From Lama glama (lineage: Eukaryota), in contig CM052818.1 of assembly GCA_028534125.1 (NCBI GenBank), positions 19,780,001 through 19,844,000 on the forward strand: 64,000 nt of DNA, given 5' to 3'. The notes under the pieces are model-generated. The model saw only the letters and a program-made list of their open reading frames with translations, was not told the DNA's origin and did not search any database. This document shows positions 14,311 through 26,635 of the stretch, in pieces. How positions within the stretch are numbered: position 1 is the stretch's first letter; each line of letters begins with the position of its first letter. Both the position numbers and the translations under genes were made by a program.

Positions 14311-14472
14311 ACAAAGCCTAAAAATAAGGTGCTCAAAGAAGGATGCACTGCCTTGAACCTTCAGGAAAACACTCTGATAGTAGACCCAGCTGTTCACATC
14401 CCTCTGGAAGATGTCCTAAAATGAAGATGTGGGTTATCAAAATATCATGGCTTGATATTATTTCTTAATGTA

Positions 14473-14611
14473 TTTTCTTCTTCTTCTTTTTTTTGGTGGG
14501 GGGAGGCAATTAGGTTTACTTGTTTATTTGTTAGAGGAGGTACTGGGGATTGAACCCAGGACCTCATGCATGCTAAGCATGTGCTCTACCACTTGAGCTG
14601 TACCCTCCCCC
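14473..14611 (-). mobile_element. Vic-1-type camelid tRNA-Ala-derived SINE
   Basis: Minus strand reads GGGGAGGGTACAGCTCAAGTGGTAGAGC...GGGTTCAATCCCCAGTACCTCC (A and B boxes), then a unique tail and A-rich end. Perfect TSD TATTTCTTAATGTA at 14459-14472 and 14612-14625. Confidence 0.9.
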
Positions 14612-16110
14612 TATTTCTTAATGTAAATTAAGAAATTAACTGTGCTTCCCATATGAGTCCTCAGTAAACTTGCTCAGCACAACATCAGTTCCCCTGACCA
14701 AAATGAGTTTCTGGGTCTCCAACTGCTGAGGACAGACAACAAACAGGCTGTTCAAGTTAAGGTTGTTCTCTGAGGTCTGGTATGAACGGCGCCTCTCTGG
14801 AGGACATATCTATTTTTTCTTTGTTCATTAACCACAACATTCCTTTGTCTCTTCTTTAGAATATTAACTTTCTCCACTGGATTTCTAACATGTTCTATAT
14901 ATAGCAAAAAATGTGGAGCTGAGTCACTAGAGTGAGTTCCTGAAGAGCACCAGGTCCATATGCTTAAGATGCCAGGGATGGAGACAGCAAATATAATATT
15001 TTACTGAAAAAACTAAAGACTATGACTTGTCTCTTTAGCATTAAGTACATCCACATCTGCAAGGAGGTGGGCAGTAACAGTGGCTGAGAAAGCAAGAGAA
15101 AAACTTTAAAAAAAAACAGCTCTAGAAAAAAAGGAAAAAGGAAATAAAGCATATTAAATCTCTTCAAGTGTACAAGCCGTAGTTAACAGAAAGTCATAAT
15201 TTTAAACTAGGAAACATGGGAGACTGCTTAAAATTGGAAAATGTTTGGGATATATATTACACATATAGTATAAGAATAAACGTCTGTTTCACTAAAATCT
15301 ATACTGATAATGCTCAAGCTAAAAGTATGTGCAAAAATGGAGAAGAGGCATGATTAAGCTGAGAAAAACTATGGTCACTTACATAAATGTTTCTTCACTC
15401 ATCTTCTCAATCATTAATTTCAGCAGAATTTAAAAAATTAAGTTGTTTTTATACGACTATGAACATAGTACGTGCTTACTGTAGATGTGAAAAATATTAA
15501 GCAGTATACAAGATAACTGAAAAATAACCCATAATCTATTCAAAGTTAACATATTTTTAGTGTGTACAGTACGATTTAATTGTTTTTAAAAAAAAGACCA
15601 CATATATACATATGCAAAAATAATATACTAGAAAGTAAAACATAAAACCAAAATTTAATCATATTCTAGGGTGCAAGATTATGGGTGAGTTTTAAATAGT
15701 TTTGCTATATATTTTTAATATATTTTATTTTATATCCCATCTTTTTAATAAATATTTCCTGTTTAAGAAACTCAAAAGTATTATTGTACTTTTTTCATTT
15801 ACCATATTGTGAATATTTTCTTTTATTTTATACCCTTAAACATCCTAAAGCTCATGATTTTTATCACCTAATGATTTTTTACATTTTAATTAGTATACCA
15901 AACCAAAATTTAAAGAACATGATTTGTAATGATTTTACAGTGTATGGCTGTAGCATAATTTAATCATTTAAGAGGCTTCTAATTTCTAAATATTATAAAC
16001 AGGATTGTCATGAATAACACACACACACACCCCACTCATGAGTATGTACACATCTCTTATTTCCTTATAATAAATTCCTAAAAGTGGAATTCTGGGCAAA
16101 GGATGTGAAC

Positions 16111-16690
16111 TTTTTTTTTTAATTAAAATGTAGTTGATTTACAATGTTAGTTTCATGTGTACAGCAAAGCGGTTCAGTCATACATATACATACATATATA
16201 TATATATTTTCAGATTCTTTTCCATTATAGCTTAGGAACTAAATATAGATCCTTGTAGATCCTTGTTGTTTATCTATTTTATCTATTTTATACATAGTAA
16301 TGTGTGTCTGTTAATCCCAAACTTCTGATTTATCCCTCCCCCTCCTTCCCCTTTGGTAACCATAAGTTTGTTTTCTATGTCAATGAGTCTGTTTCTGTTT
16401 TGTAAATAAATTCATTAATGTCACTTTTTAAAGATTCCACATATAAGTGATATATATTTTTCTTTCTTTTTCTGGCTTACTTCACTTAGTATGACAGTCT
16501 CTAGGTCCATCCATATTGCTGCAAATGGCATGGTTTTATTCTTTTTTATGGCTGAGTAGTATTCCATTGTGTGTGTATGTGTACACCACAACTTCTTTAT
16601 CCAGGCGTCTGCCAAGGCACATTTAGGTTGTTTCCATGTCTTGGCTATTATAAATAGTACTGCTATGAACACTGTAATACATGTATCTTA
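16111..16690 (-). mobile_element. Younger L1 3' end (copy B of the composite insertion)
   Basis: Poly(T) start. ORF 16421-16672 reads as L1 ORF2 C-terminus ([18 protein letters not shown]...MEYYSAIKKN). Confidence 0.92.
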
Positions 16691-16929
16691 GAAAGGGATT
16701 TCAGATAAATATTTCTAAAGGCTGCATTTTCTGTTAAGTGATTCCACTGAAACCATGTCTGAATTGTTATCTATTTAGCAAACAGTATATTTTCCAAAAG
16801 AAAATCCAAATCATTTTTCATTATAATCAGATTAAATTCCAAACAGAAGTAATTTGAAAATTTTGGGGTTTTTTAGTTTTGATTTTTAAATAAAGTAGGC
16901 TGTTCAGTTTGCTTTAAGCAGCTTTTTAA

Positions 16930-17806
16930 AAAACCATTTTAAAAAACTGAACTACAGTTAATTTATAATATTGTGTTAGTTTCACGTATACAGCTAAGTG
17001 ATTCAGTTATACATATATATATATATATATTCTTTTCAGAGTCTCATCTATTATAGGTTATTACAAGATATTGAGTATAGTTTCCTGTGCTATATAGTAT
17101 GTCCTTGTTTAGCTTTTTTATATATAGTATATAAATTAGGAGTTAATCCCAAACTCCTAATTTATCCCCCTGCCCCCACTTTCCCCTTTGGTAAACGTAA
17201 ATCTGTTTTCTATGTCTGTGAGTCTGTTTCTGTTTTGTAAATAAATTCATTTGTATCATTTTTTTTAGATTCCACATGTAGGAGTTATCATATGACATTT
17301 GTCTTTCTCTGACTTACTTCACTTAATACGATAATTTCTAGGTCCATCCATGTTGCTGAAAATGGCATTATTTCATTTCTTTTAATGGCTGAGTAATTTT
17401 CATCATATATATATACACACATACACACACCACATCTTCTTTTTCTTTATCTGTATTGATGGACATTTAGGTTGCTTCCACGTCTTGGCTATTGTAAATA
17501 GTGCTGCTAGGAATTGGGGTGCATGTGTCTTTTCAAATTAGAATTTTCTACAGATACATGCCCAGGAGTGGGATTGGAGCATCATATGATAAGTCTATTT
17601 TTAGTCTTTTATGGCCCATACTGTTCTCCATGGTGGCTGCACTAATTTACATTCCTACCAACAGTATAGGAGGGTTCCTTTTCCCTCTACTCCTTCTCTA
17701 GGGTTTATTATTTGTAGGCTTTTTAATGATGGTCATTCTGACTGGTGTGAGGTGATACCTTACTGCAGTTTTGATTTGCATTTCTCTAATAATTAGCAAT
17801 ATTGAC
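16930..17806 (-). mobile_element. Younger L1 3' end (copy A of the composite insertion)
   Basis: Antisense L1 3' UTR and ORF2 C-terminal region ([20 protein letters not shown] in ORF 17698-17913). Confidence 0.92.
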
Positions 17807-17855
17807 CAAGGGATGTGAACATTTTTAAGGATTCTGAATATTGCCAAACTGTCAC

Positions 17856-18203
17856 TGTAATGGACTGAATGTCTGTGTCCCCCTAAAAATTCATGTTGAA
17901 ATCTAATCCCCAAATGTGATGGTACTTAGGTGGGCCTTTGGGAGATGGATGGAGCCCTCATGAATGGGATTAGTGCCCTTATAAGAAGAGGCCAGAGAGC
18001 CAGCTAGCTCTCTTTCTGCCATCTGAGGATACAAGAAGTCTGCAGTCTGCAACCCTGAGGGCCCACACCAGAATTCAGCCAGGCTGGCACCCTGATCTGA
18101 GACTTCAAGCCTTCAAAACTGTGAGAAATAAATTCTTTTGTTTATAAACCACCTGTAATACTCTCAGTTTGTGGTACTTTGTTATAGCAGCTTGAGCTAA
18201 AAT
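17856..18203 (+). mobile_element. MaLR solo LTR (MLT1A/MST-like)
   Basis: TGTAATGGACTGAATGT...atgggattagtgcccttataagaagag...aactgtgagaaataaattc...tttgttatagcagc; about 350 bp. Confidence 0.9.
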
Positions 18204-18604
18204 AGCCATTTAGAAATTTGTACCAATTTATGCTCCTACCAACAGCAGGTATTGTGCTTGAGCAATTTTTCCAGTGTTGCTTTCACTTAAGAAATTTACC
18301 TCTGGTAATTGAACTTAAATAGTATGAATTATATAAATCAATTTTAAAATAAGTTATTCTTCTCTATGCATATTTGCAATAAGAGATATGAAGTGATAAA
18401 AATAACCAGGGTAACCTCGGTTTTGGAATACTGAGCTGGCTTGGTTTTTTTCAAACCTTTTTCTTTGTATCTCTCTGTATGGCTTGAAAATTAAAATATG
18501 AGTTGACATTATTTTTTTAATGAAGCTATACTCTAAAAAGTTCAACACACCAAAAATCATAAAGAAGTTTTTAAAAAGAAGAAAAATTAAAATGAAATTC
18601 TACA

Positions 18605-21600
18605 CTTCCATTTCCAGTTATGATGGCATAACTAACTGCTCCTAGGCTAGACCTCCTGCTGCGAACGACCATCAAACTGGGAGATACGTATGAGATATTA
18701 TTTTCAGATGTTGAACAACAGGCAGTGCAGGACTGTGATTCCTGAGGCTCATGAACACACTGGCTTTCTGCTTGTGCCACAAGGAAGGGAAACCCCAAAA
18801 GAACACAGACATTTCACTGATTTGTGGAAACAGAGCTCCAAGTTTGAAGCTACAGATGGAGGTCAATGGAATTTAAGGAGAATACAAGAAAGAAGGAAGC
18901 TGTGGAAAGAAAAACTTTCAACAGTCCGGAGAGAGATTTCCTAATTCTTTGCCTGGAGACTAAGCTACAAATGTACAAAGCAAGATTCCATGAGGCCAGC
19001 CAAAGAATAAAATTTGGGGAAAGAACAACTATGGAACATGAGCTGAACAACTACCTGGGCTTGCAAAGATCTGGGTAGGATACAGTCAAATTCCTGGCAG
19101 CCAGACTGGAGAGACCTCAATGAACACGGCAGGCATTTGACAGAGATTTCAGAAAGGTTATGCCTCAGTATGAGGGCTAAGCTAGTCCTAGAATAGATAA
19201 AATTGCTGAAAACCAAAGATAAAGAGAAAAAGAGAAAAATCTTTAAAACAGCCAGAGAGGGTAAAAAGACATTACATCAAGTGAACAATAGTAAGAATGA
19301 CCACTAACTTCTCATCAGAAACAATGTAAACTAGAGGATATTGAAATGATGACTTCAAAGTGCTACAAGAAAAAAACAAAACAAAACTATCAACTTAAAA
19401 TTCTACATCCAGCATAAATATCCTTCAAAAATGAAGGCAAAAGGAAGTAACAAGGTCCAGAAGTCCTCTTGACACAAACAAGTAGAAAACCTGACAAAAC
19501 ATGAAGCAATTATTTTCAGACACTAGATAACAGGCAGTGTGGAAATATGACCTCTGAAAGAAGCCTCACAAATGAAGTGAGCCCATAGATTGCCCCAGCT
19601 TTCTGTTTGGAACTACAACAAAGGGAGGGGGAACCCAAATAGAATCAACAGCTGAGGTGACAGAGCCCGGACTTTGTGGAGTCTGAGGTAGCTAGAATTT
19701 GCAGGGCGTATTACCACAAAGGAAGTGCTCAACAACCTACAGAAGGGGTCTCCTGGAGTTTCTGGCTAAATACCAATCTACTATGTGTGTTGTGTTAAAT
19801 TTCTGAGGCTAGACAGAGAAAAACTTCCAAGAAAATAACAAAGACTGAGGAGCTCTAAGCCAAACACCTCCCAGAGTTTACATAGGGTCAGGATCGAGCT
19901 TTCAGTTTCTACCAGCTGGGGTGAATAAACTTTGATGAACACATGGAGCAATCAAGCCAGACAGAAGAAGGGGCATTTCTCAGTAATGGGCCCAAACCAG
20001 CCCTAAAATGAAAGCTATTCTAGAACTGTCCAAAACCAAAATCCAAAAACCCTGAAAGCAAAACTCCAAAGATCAAACTGATCTACAAATTAACTGCCTG
20101 CCAAAATAAAGCTTAATGCTCAAGAAATAAAAAAAGAAAATCAAGACAAATATTCAACACCATAGCCCCATAAGAAATGACCAGATATATGAAAAATATT
20201 AAATGGTTACCTGTAATCAGGATCCAGAAGTGGCAGGGATAAAGAGAATTTTAACACAAGGACTTCAAAATAGTTATTAGAAAAGAATTCAAAGGCTTAA
20301 AAGAAAATATGAACATAATGAAGAAAAAAGAAAAATCTTAACAGAGAAGAAGAAATCATTTTTAAATAATCAATGGTAATTCTAGAACTGAAAAAAAAAG
20401 ACTATCTGATATAAAAATTTAACTGGATGGGCACAACAGCATATTAGACAAAGGAGAATTTTTATAAATCAGTGTGCCTGAAGACTAGACAACACAAACT
20501 TTTCTAACTGAAAGAAAAGAAAAAGGGATTGGAAGAAAAATGGAGAGCTTCAGTGACCTGTGAATTAATACTAAGTGGCTGAATGAACACACGTAGGTTT
20601 GGAGTCTGAGGAGAAACGAAATAACTTGGGAATTAAAAAATCTGAAGTTAGATGGCTAAAAATTTTACAAATATGATGAGAACAATATACCACTGATATG
20701 AGAAGCTCAATAAATCCCAAGAATAAACACAGTAAAACTACACCAAGGAGCATCATAATAAAGTTGCTGAAAACCAGTGAGAAAGAGAAAAATCTCAAAG
20801 CAACCAAAGGGAAAACACATACTACTTATAGGGAAATAAATATAAAAATCACCCGAGTTCTTGTCAGAAATTATGCAAATGAGAAGACAGTGGAATGACA
20901 TCTTTCAGGTGCTGAAAGGAGGGAAAACTCCGAAAACCTGGAATTCTGTAACAATAATTTTCAAAACTGAAAGCAAAATGACAGAGAGAGGAAAGAGGGA
21001 AAGAGAGGGAATGCTGCACTAAAAGAAATGTAAAATAAAGTTTTTCAAACAAAAGCAATATGATATTAGATACAAACTTGAATGTACACAAAGAAATGAA
21101 GATCTAAAGAAATGATTAAAATGAGATAAATATGAAAGACATTCTTCTCATTTTTAATTGTTCTAAAAGGTAACTGACTAACAAAATAAAAAAGATCAGC
21201 AACAGGGTTAAAGCACACATAAAATTAAAATGTATGACAAATAATGCACAGAAGATGGGAGGGAGAAATTGGGAGTGTATCATTATGTAAGATTCTTGCA
21301 TTACTCATAAAGTGGTATAATAGTACGTGATGGCAGACTGTTATTAATTGATTATAAGGACCACCACAAAAAAATGTTAAGAGAAATGTTATAAACCAAT
21401 AGAAGAAATAAAATGGGATCATAAAAAATAACCATCCAAAAGTAGATATAAAACCAAGGAAAAAAGAACAAATAGTAAATAAATACTAAACTGATACATT
21501 TTAATCTATCCATATCAATAATTATATTAAGTATGCACGGTCTAAACTAGCAGTTGACAAACTTTTTCTATCAACAACCAGAAAACATTTTAGGCTTTGA

Positions 21601-23420
21601 TTTCTGTTCCAACTACTTAACCTTGCCACCTGTAGCACAAAAGCAACTATAGATAACATGTAAATGATGGACATGACTATGTCCCAACAAAACTATTTAC
21701 ATAAACAGGTGGTAGACTGTTTAGTCTGCCAGCCACAGTTTGTCAACTCATGCCTAAAAACACCAAGTTAAAAGAGATCTTGTCAGACTGGATAAAAAAG
21801 TAAGATGCAATTATACAATTTTTACAAGAAACTCACTTTAAATATAATGATATAGATAGGTTAAAAGAGAAAGAATGGAAGAAGATACACCATGCAAATA
21901 TTAATCAAAAGGATACAGAGACTGCAGAACAAGGGAAATTACTAGAAATAAAAAGAGACATTTCGTTATGACAGAAGGGTCAATTCATCAACAAGACTTA
22001 ACAATCCTAAATGTGCATGCACCTAACAGCGCTGTCACAGTGCTTGAAACATGAAACAAAATCTGACAGAACTGAAAGGAGAAACAAAGAAATCCGAAAT
22101 TGTAGGTGGAAACTTCAACCCTGTTCTCTCAGTAATTGGTAGAACAAGTGGACAGAAAATTAGTAAAACTGTAAGAAGATATACAAAAACCAATCTAACT
22201 TAATTGACATTTACAGAACACTCCACCCAGCAACAGGAGAATATACATTCTTCTCAAGTACACATTGAACATTCAGCCAAGAAATACCATGTGTTGGGCC
22301 ATAAAACAGTCAAAAAGCTTAAATGGACTGACATTATTAAGACTGTGTTCTCTGACCACAACGGCATTAAATGAAAACACAGTAACAAATACCTGGAAAA
22401 TCCCTAATATATGGAAATTATTTGGCATACTCTTTGAAACAACCCATGGGTCAAAGAAAAATTGTAAGAGAAACTGGAGACTATTTTGAATGGAATGATA
22501 ATGAAAATTTATAGCTTTAAATACTGATACTTAAAAAAAATTTTAAATCAATGATCTAAGCTTTCACCTTAAAAACTAGAAAAAAATAGAGCAAGTTAAA
22601 ACCAAAGTAAGGAGGAAAGAAGGAATTAGTAAATGATAAGAGCTCAAATCATGAAATAGAAAGATAAACTACAGAGAAAATCAACAAAACCAAAAGTTGA
22701 TTATTCGAAAGAACTGATAAAATTGATAACCCCTAGTTAGACTAATCAAGGAGAGAAAAGGAGAAAATGAATCCAATATCCAGGAATGAAAGAGGGAAAC
22801 TCAGTACAGATCCTACCTACATTAAAAGGAAACACTCTTTTATAAAATATATGATTTATTTCCAAGCTAAAAAATCTGACAAGTTAGATGAAATGGACAA
22901 ATTTCTTGAAAGACACAAATTACCAAAACAAGTACAAAAAGAAATAGAAAATCTGAAGTCTTAGATTCATTCTTTTAAAAACTGAATCCTTAATTAAGAA
23001 CCTTTCCACAAAGAAAACTCCATGCCCAGATAAGCACATTGGTGAATTCTATCAAACATTTAACAAAGAACACCAATTGTACCCAAACTCTTCTCTAAAA
23101 GAAAGGAAGAGGAAACACTGCTGGTAGGAGTTTAAAATGGTAAACCCACCTTGGATATTGTTCTGCTGGTTTCTCATGTTAAACATACACCTATCCCATG
23201 ACCCAGCAATCTACTTCTAGGTATTCACCCACAAGTAAAGAGTACATGTGTCACAAAAAGCTTGTTCAAGAATGTTCATAGCAGCTTTAGTCATAACAGT
23301 TGAAAACTAGAAACAACCCTTTCCACAGTAACAATGAAGAAACTACAGTATATCCATACAATGAAACACTACCCAGCAACTGAAAGGACCTAACTACAGT
23401 TACAAGCAACGGTGGATAAA
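18605..23420 (+). mobile_element. Old L1M complex: two related 5' regions (from ~18605 and ~19445), ORF1/ORF2 remnants and 3' end
   Basis: ORF 20698-20898 is ORF1-like (KTTPRSIIIKLLKTSEKEKNLKA). ORF 22767-22964 is ORF2-like (LDEMDKFLERHKLPK...EIENL). Confidence 0.88.
21548..21752. mobile_element. MER58A-like hAT-Charlie element inserted in the L1
   Basis: Inverted ends gttgacaaact ... agtttgtcaac, with internal attttaggctttg...caactact...gtagcacaaaagca...aaaactatttac. Confidence 0.8.
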
Positions 23421-24579
23421 CCTGTATTTTAAACAATAGCTTCATGTAATTTTTATGCCCGAGAAAGTTTGAGAACTACAGGTAGAAAAATGCGTAATAA
23501 AACAAAAAGAGAAAATATAGGGTTTGGGTAGTACATACATTAATCAGTACCATATATATCATAAACTATATATAACAGTTGTCATCTTCCATAATTGCTT
23601 AATTGCTACTTAAATAATATGACAATACTCCTCTGTTCGTGTTCAGTTTTGTACTTATGTGCTTCAAGGGGTACTGACTCCAATTTTAGTCTTCATTTAA
23701 CTACCCTAATTTCTCACTAACCTCAACTCAAACCGTGCATTTTAGATAAGGAATCCTGTTCATCCGTTCCTTTGCTTTTTTCTTAATATTCTACTTCCTT
23801 AGTACATACTGTTGCCCCTACCTCTTTAACAGTGTTATTCTTACTTTTTGCCGCACAGCCTTGTCTTTCTACTGCCTTTAAAACTGAACCCAAAACTCAT
23901 CTTTTCCACTAAGTGCTAAACCATCTCAGATTCTTTCCAAATTCCCTCAGCACTTGAAGACCTTACTCCCAATAGATATATTTATTTTACTGAATTTGGA
24001 CAACTCTTCTTAATGACTCATCAACTCCATGCCCTGGCTTAGAGACTAGAACCTTTGGGGGAGAAATGAAAATATTACAGTCTTCTTCAAGGTTCTTCTC
24101 TCGTGCTGTTTCTACTTTTCTTTCTTGGAGTACCATCCTATTTGCCAAAGCCTTGAGCTGAAGGAGTAGGAGAGAAAGAGAGGCAAAGAGGTGGTTGACT
24201 AGGGCTGCTCTGGCCAGATTTTAAAGGAGGTGAAAAAGACTTCAGGACTTGTTCAGACTACATGACTAGCCCAAGGATGGAAGCAGGATTCCAAAAGGGG
24301 GCTTTAAGTGAGGAATAAGGAAGTGCATCTGACTATGAATTCCCCATATTATGCTGGATGGCCAAAAAGGATGCAGTATATTGTTTCAAGGACAGTAAAA
24401 TATTTCTGGCTTTCTGGCAACAAATATTTCTATATAATCTTTGTAATGCGGGGGGGTTGACTGGAGGTGGGTGAAATTTAAAATAAATATTAAAAAATGT
24501 CTACATTCTTGAACTTCGTGGCAGTACTAGCAGTTACTTTTTGTTCTGCTTGCATTATTATGTAGGAATTATGGCCATT

Positions 24580-25250
24580 ACTTGTCTAATTTCAGAACTT
24601 TCAACTATAAACTTTATGCCTCCCAAATCGTATCTATAAACCTGACCATGTTCCTGAGCTAGACCCATATTTCCAACTGATATCTTGTTATTACTCATCT
24701 AAAAAGCGTAATTCCTTATCTGAAAGCAAATTCAGTAGTCCCCTTCTCTCAAACTTGTGCATATTATTCTAACCTTAGACTCATCTTCAACTTCTATCAC
24801 CTCCAAATACCAACCAAGTCTAGAGGACTCATCTAGATATCTCTGAAATCAGTGTCCTTGTTTCTATCCCTACTCCAAATTCCCTCATTCAGACCATCAT
24901 AATCTCTTTCCTGAACTAGGGCAGAGCCTTAAATGGCATCCTTGACCATGATCTACCTACCAGAGTCCAGGGAGAATGCCTCACTCACTCACCCTGCCGT
25001 ATGAAATACTTGGTGAATAAATGTCTCCAGATTGTTCTCTCTACTGTGACTATAATCACTTTCTAAAGCATTAAATTATCTGTATCACTTCCTCACCTAT
25101 AAAATAAAAACTGCAAACTCCTAGTATGGCATTTTGTTCCCATTCTACCTTGATTCTAGTCTGATTTCCTAGTTTTCTTTTGCACTCATTTTGACAGATC
25201 AAAACTTAGCCTTCTCCTTAAACACATTATGCCCTTTCATTTTTAATAAT
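24580..25250 (+). mobile_element. L2 fragment
   Basis: ctcccaaatc...cctgagctagacccatatttccaactg...tcagaccatcataatctct. Confidence 0.7.
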
Positions 25251-26459
25251 CTACAATAAACAATAACTCAGTCCAGCTTATTTTATTTTGATGAGCACTC
25301 TTATACAATTTAAAGGCATTAACCAAACCCATACAGAAGTAATGAGTGAGAAAACAATCAGACAATCAGCCAACTCTCACTTAAGCTTATTTTCATAGCC
25401 CTATTAACATGGTCAGTTAAATGGAAAAGTGAATAAAATGTTTCAACTACCTGCTGAGCTTCTTCCTTACCACAAGTTAATGTTAAAGGTCTTCAGTTAC
25501 AGACTTATTACCCTCCTTTTGATTGACAGGCACAAAGAGAACTAGAACTCAGTTCTTCACATCTATTCTCCTTACTTTCATCAACACCTCCCTTCTCCAT
25601 TTCTGCTGTTTCTCCCTCTTGTACTTTTCTCCGCCTGCTGCCTAAGCTTTCCCAGCATCCACTTTGTCTACCCTTCACAAGAACATCAGGATTCCTCTAT
25701 CACTCTTATTGGTAGAACACTTAAAAATTTACAAAACACTTTCACATTTATTTACTCACCTGGTTCTTACAGCCTCATTTCTGGGTATTCCACAATGAAC
25801 AAATATAAAATACATGTGTAACAGTTTATATACAATAGATGCTACCCTTTTAAGTAAAATATAAGAATTTTCTTATATTTTAACTCAAATTGGAAGAAAT
25901 TTCAGTTCAAAAAGGTTCAGTGGTTCAATCTAACTTACTGGTATTCCCTCTGCTTACAACTCTACCACCTCTCTTCACCTGCCCATTTCTTTAGACACAG
26001 CTCAAGCCTTCCCCTCCTCCCAGAGAAAGAATGTTATACCTGTTGCAATGCTATCCTAATGTTTTCACACCACTATCTCATACCACTAGAAGGATCCAGG
26101 TCTCTGGACTCCTACTCTGGTGTCTTTTCTACCAAAAACTATTTTCTTTGTTAATGTTACCTTTATTAACACCCATTAATGATCTAGCATTTTATAAAGT
26201 CAACAGGAGAAACATTCTATTGGCAGCCAGCACTGACGGCAGGACTGTAAAAACATCTCTAGCTTTCCTTAAAAATCAGGAATTTAAGGAATGTTTCTAA
26301 ATCCTCTAAAAAAATCTAGATACTAGCTTTTGTGGTAAAGACATCCAAAGCTGCCACTGCAAAAGAATAAAACAACATTTCATAAATCCTAAATTAAACT
26401 ATTACAAGTTTTAAGAGATACCTCCTAATATCCTGGGAAGTGTTTAGGGTTAACAATCA

Positions 26460-26635
26460 AAAGAGCAGGGCCTTCGTTCCAATTCTACCACATACTGGCC
26501 AACTTGGGAAAGTCACTTAACCACCCTGAATCAAATTTCCTCTATGATAAAATTTAATAATGCCACCCACCTTTCAGAACTATTAAGAGAAGTAAATGAA
26601 AGAATAAATGCAAATCACTTGGCCTGGAACATAAT
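26460..26635 (+). mobile_element. MIR SINE
   Basis: cttgggaaagtcacttaacc...tttcctc...taaatgaaagaataaatgcaaatcacttggcctggaacata. Confidence 0.75.

Larger units (their letters stand above)
15780..18250 (-). mobile_element. Ancient L1ME-like fragment that hosts younger insertions (pieces at ~15780-16110, 17811-17855, 18204-18250)
   Basis: aaattcctaaaagtggaattctgggcaaaggatgtgaac | atttttaagg...tattgccaaa | ttgtaccaatttatgctcctaccaacagca reads as one continuous antisense L1ME segment once the inserts are removed. Confidence 0.7.

Noticed and set aside
14540..14611. tRNA-Ala(AGC)-like sequence
   Set aside because: It is the head of a SINE with a unique tail, A-rich end and TSD, not a tRNA gene.
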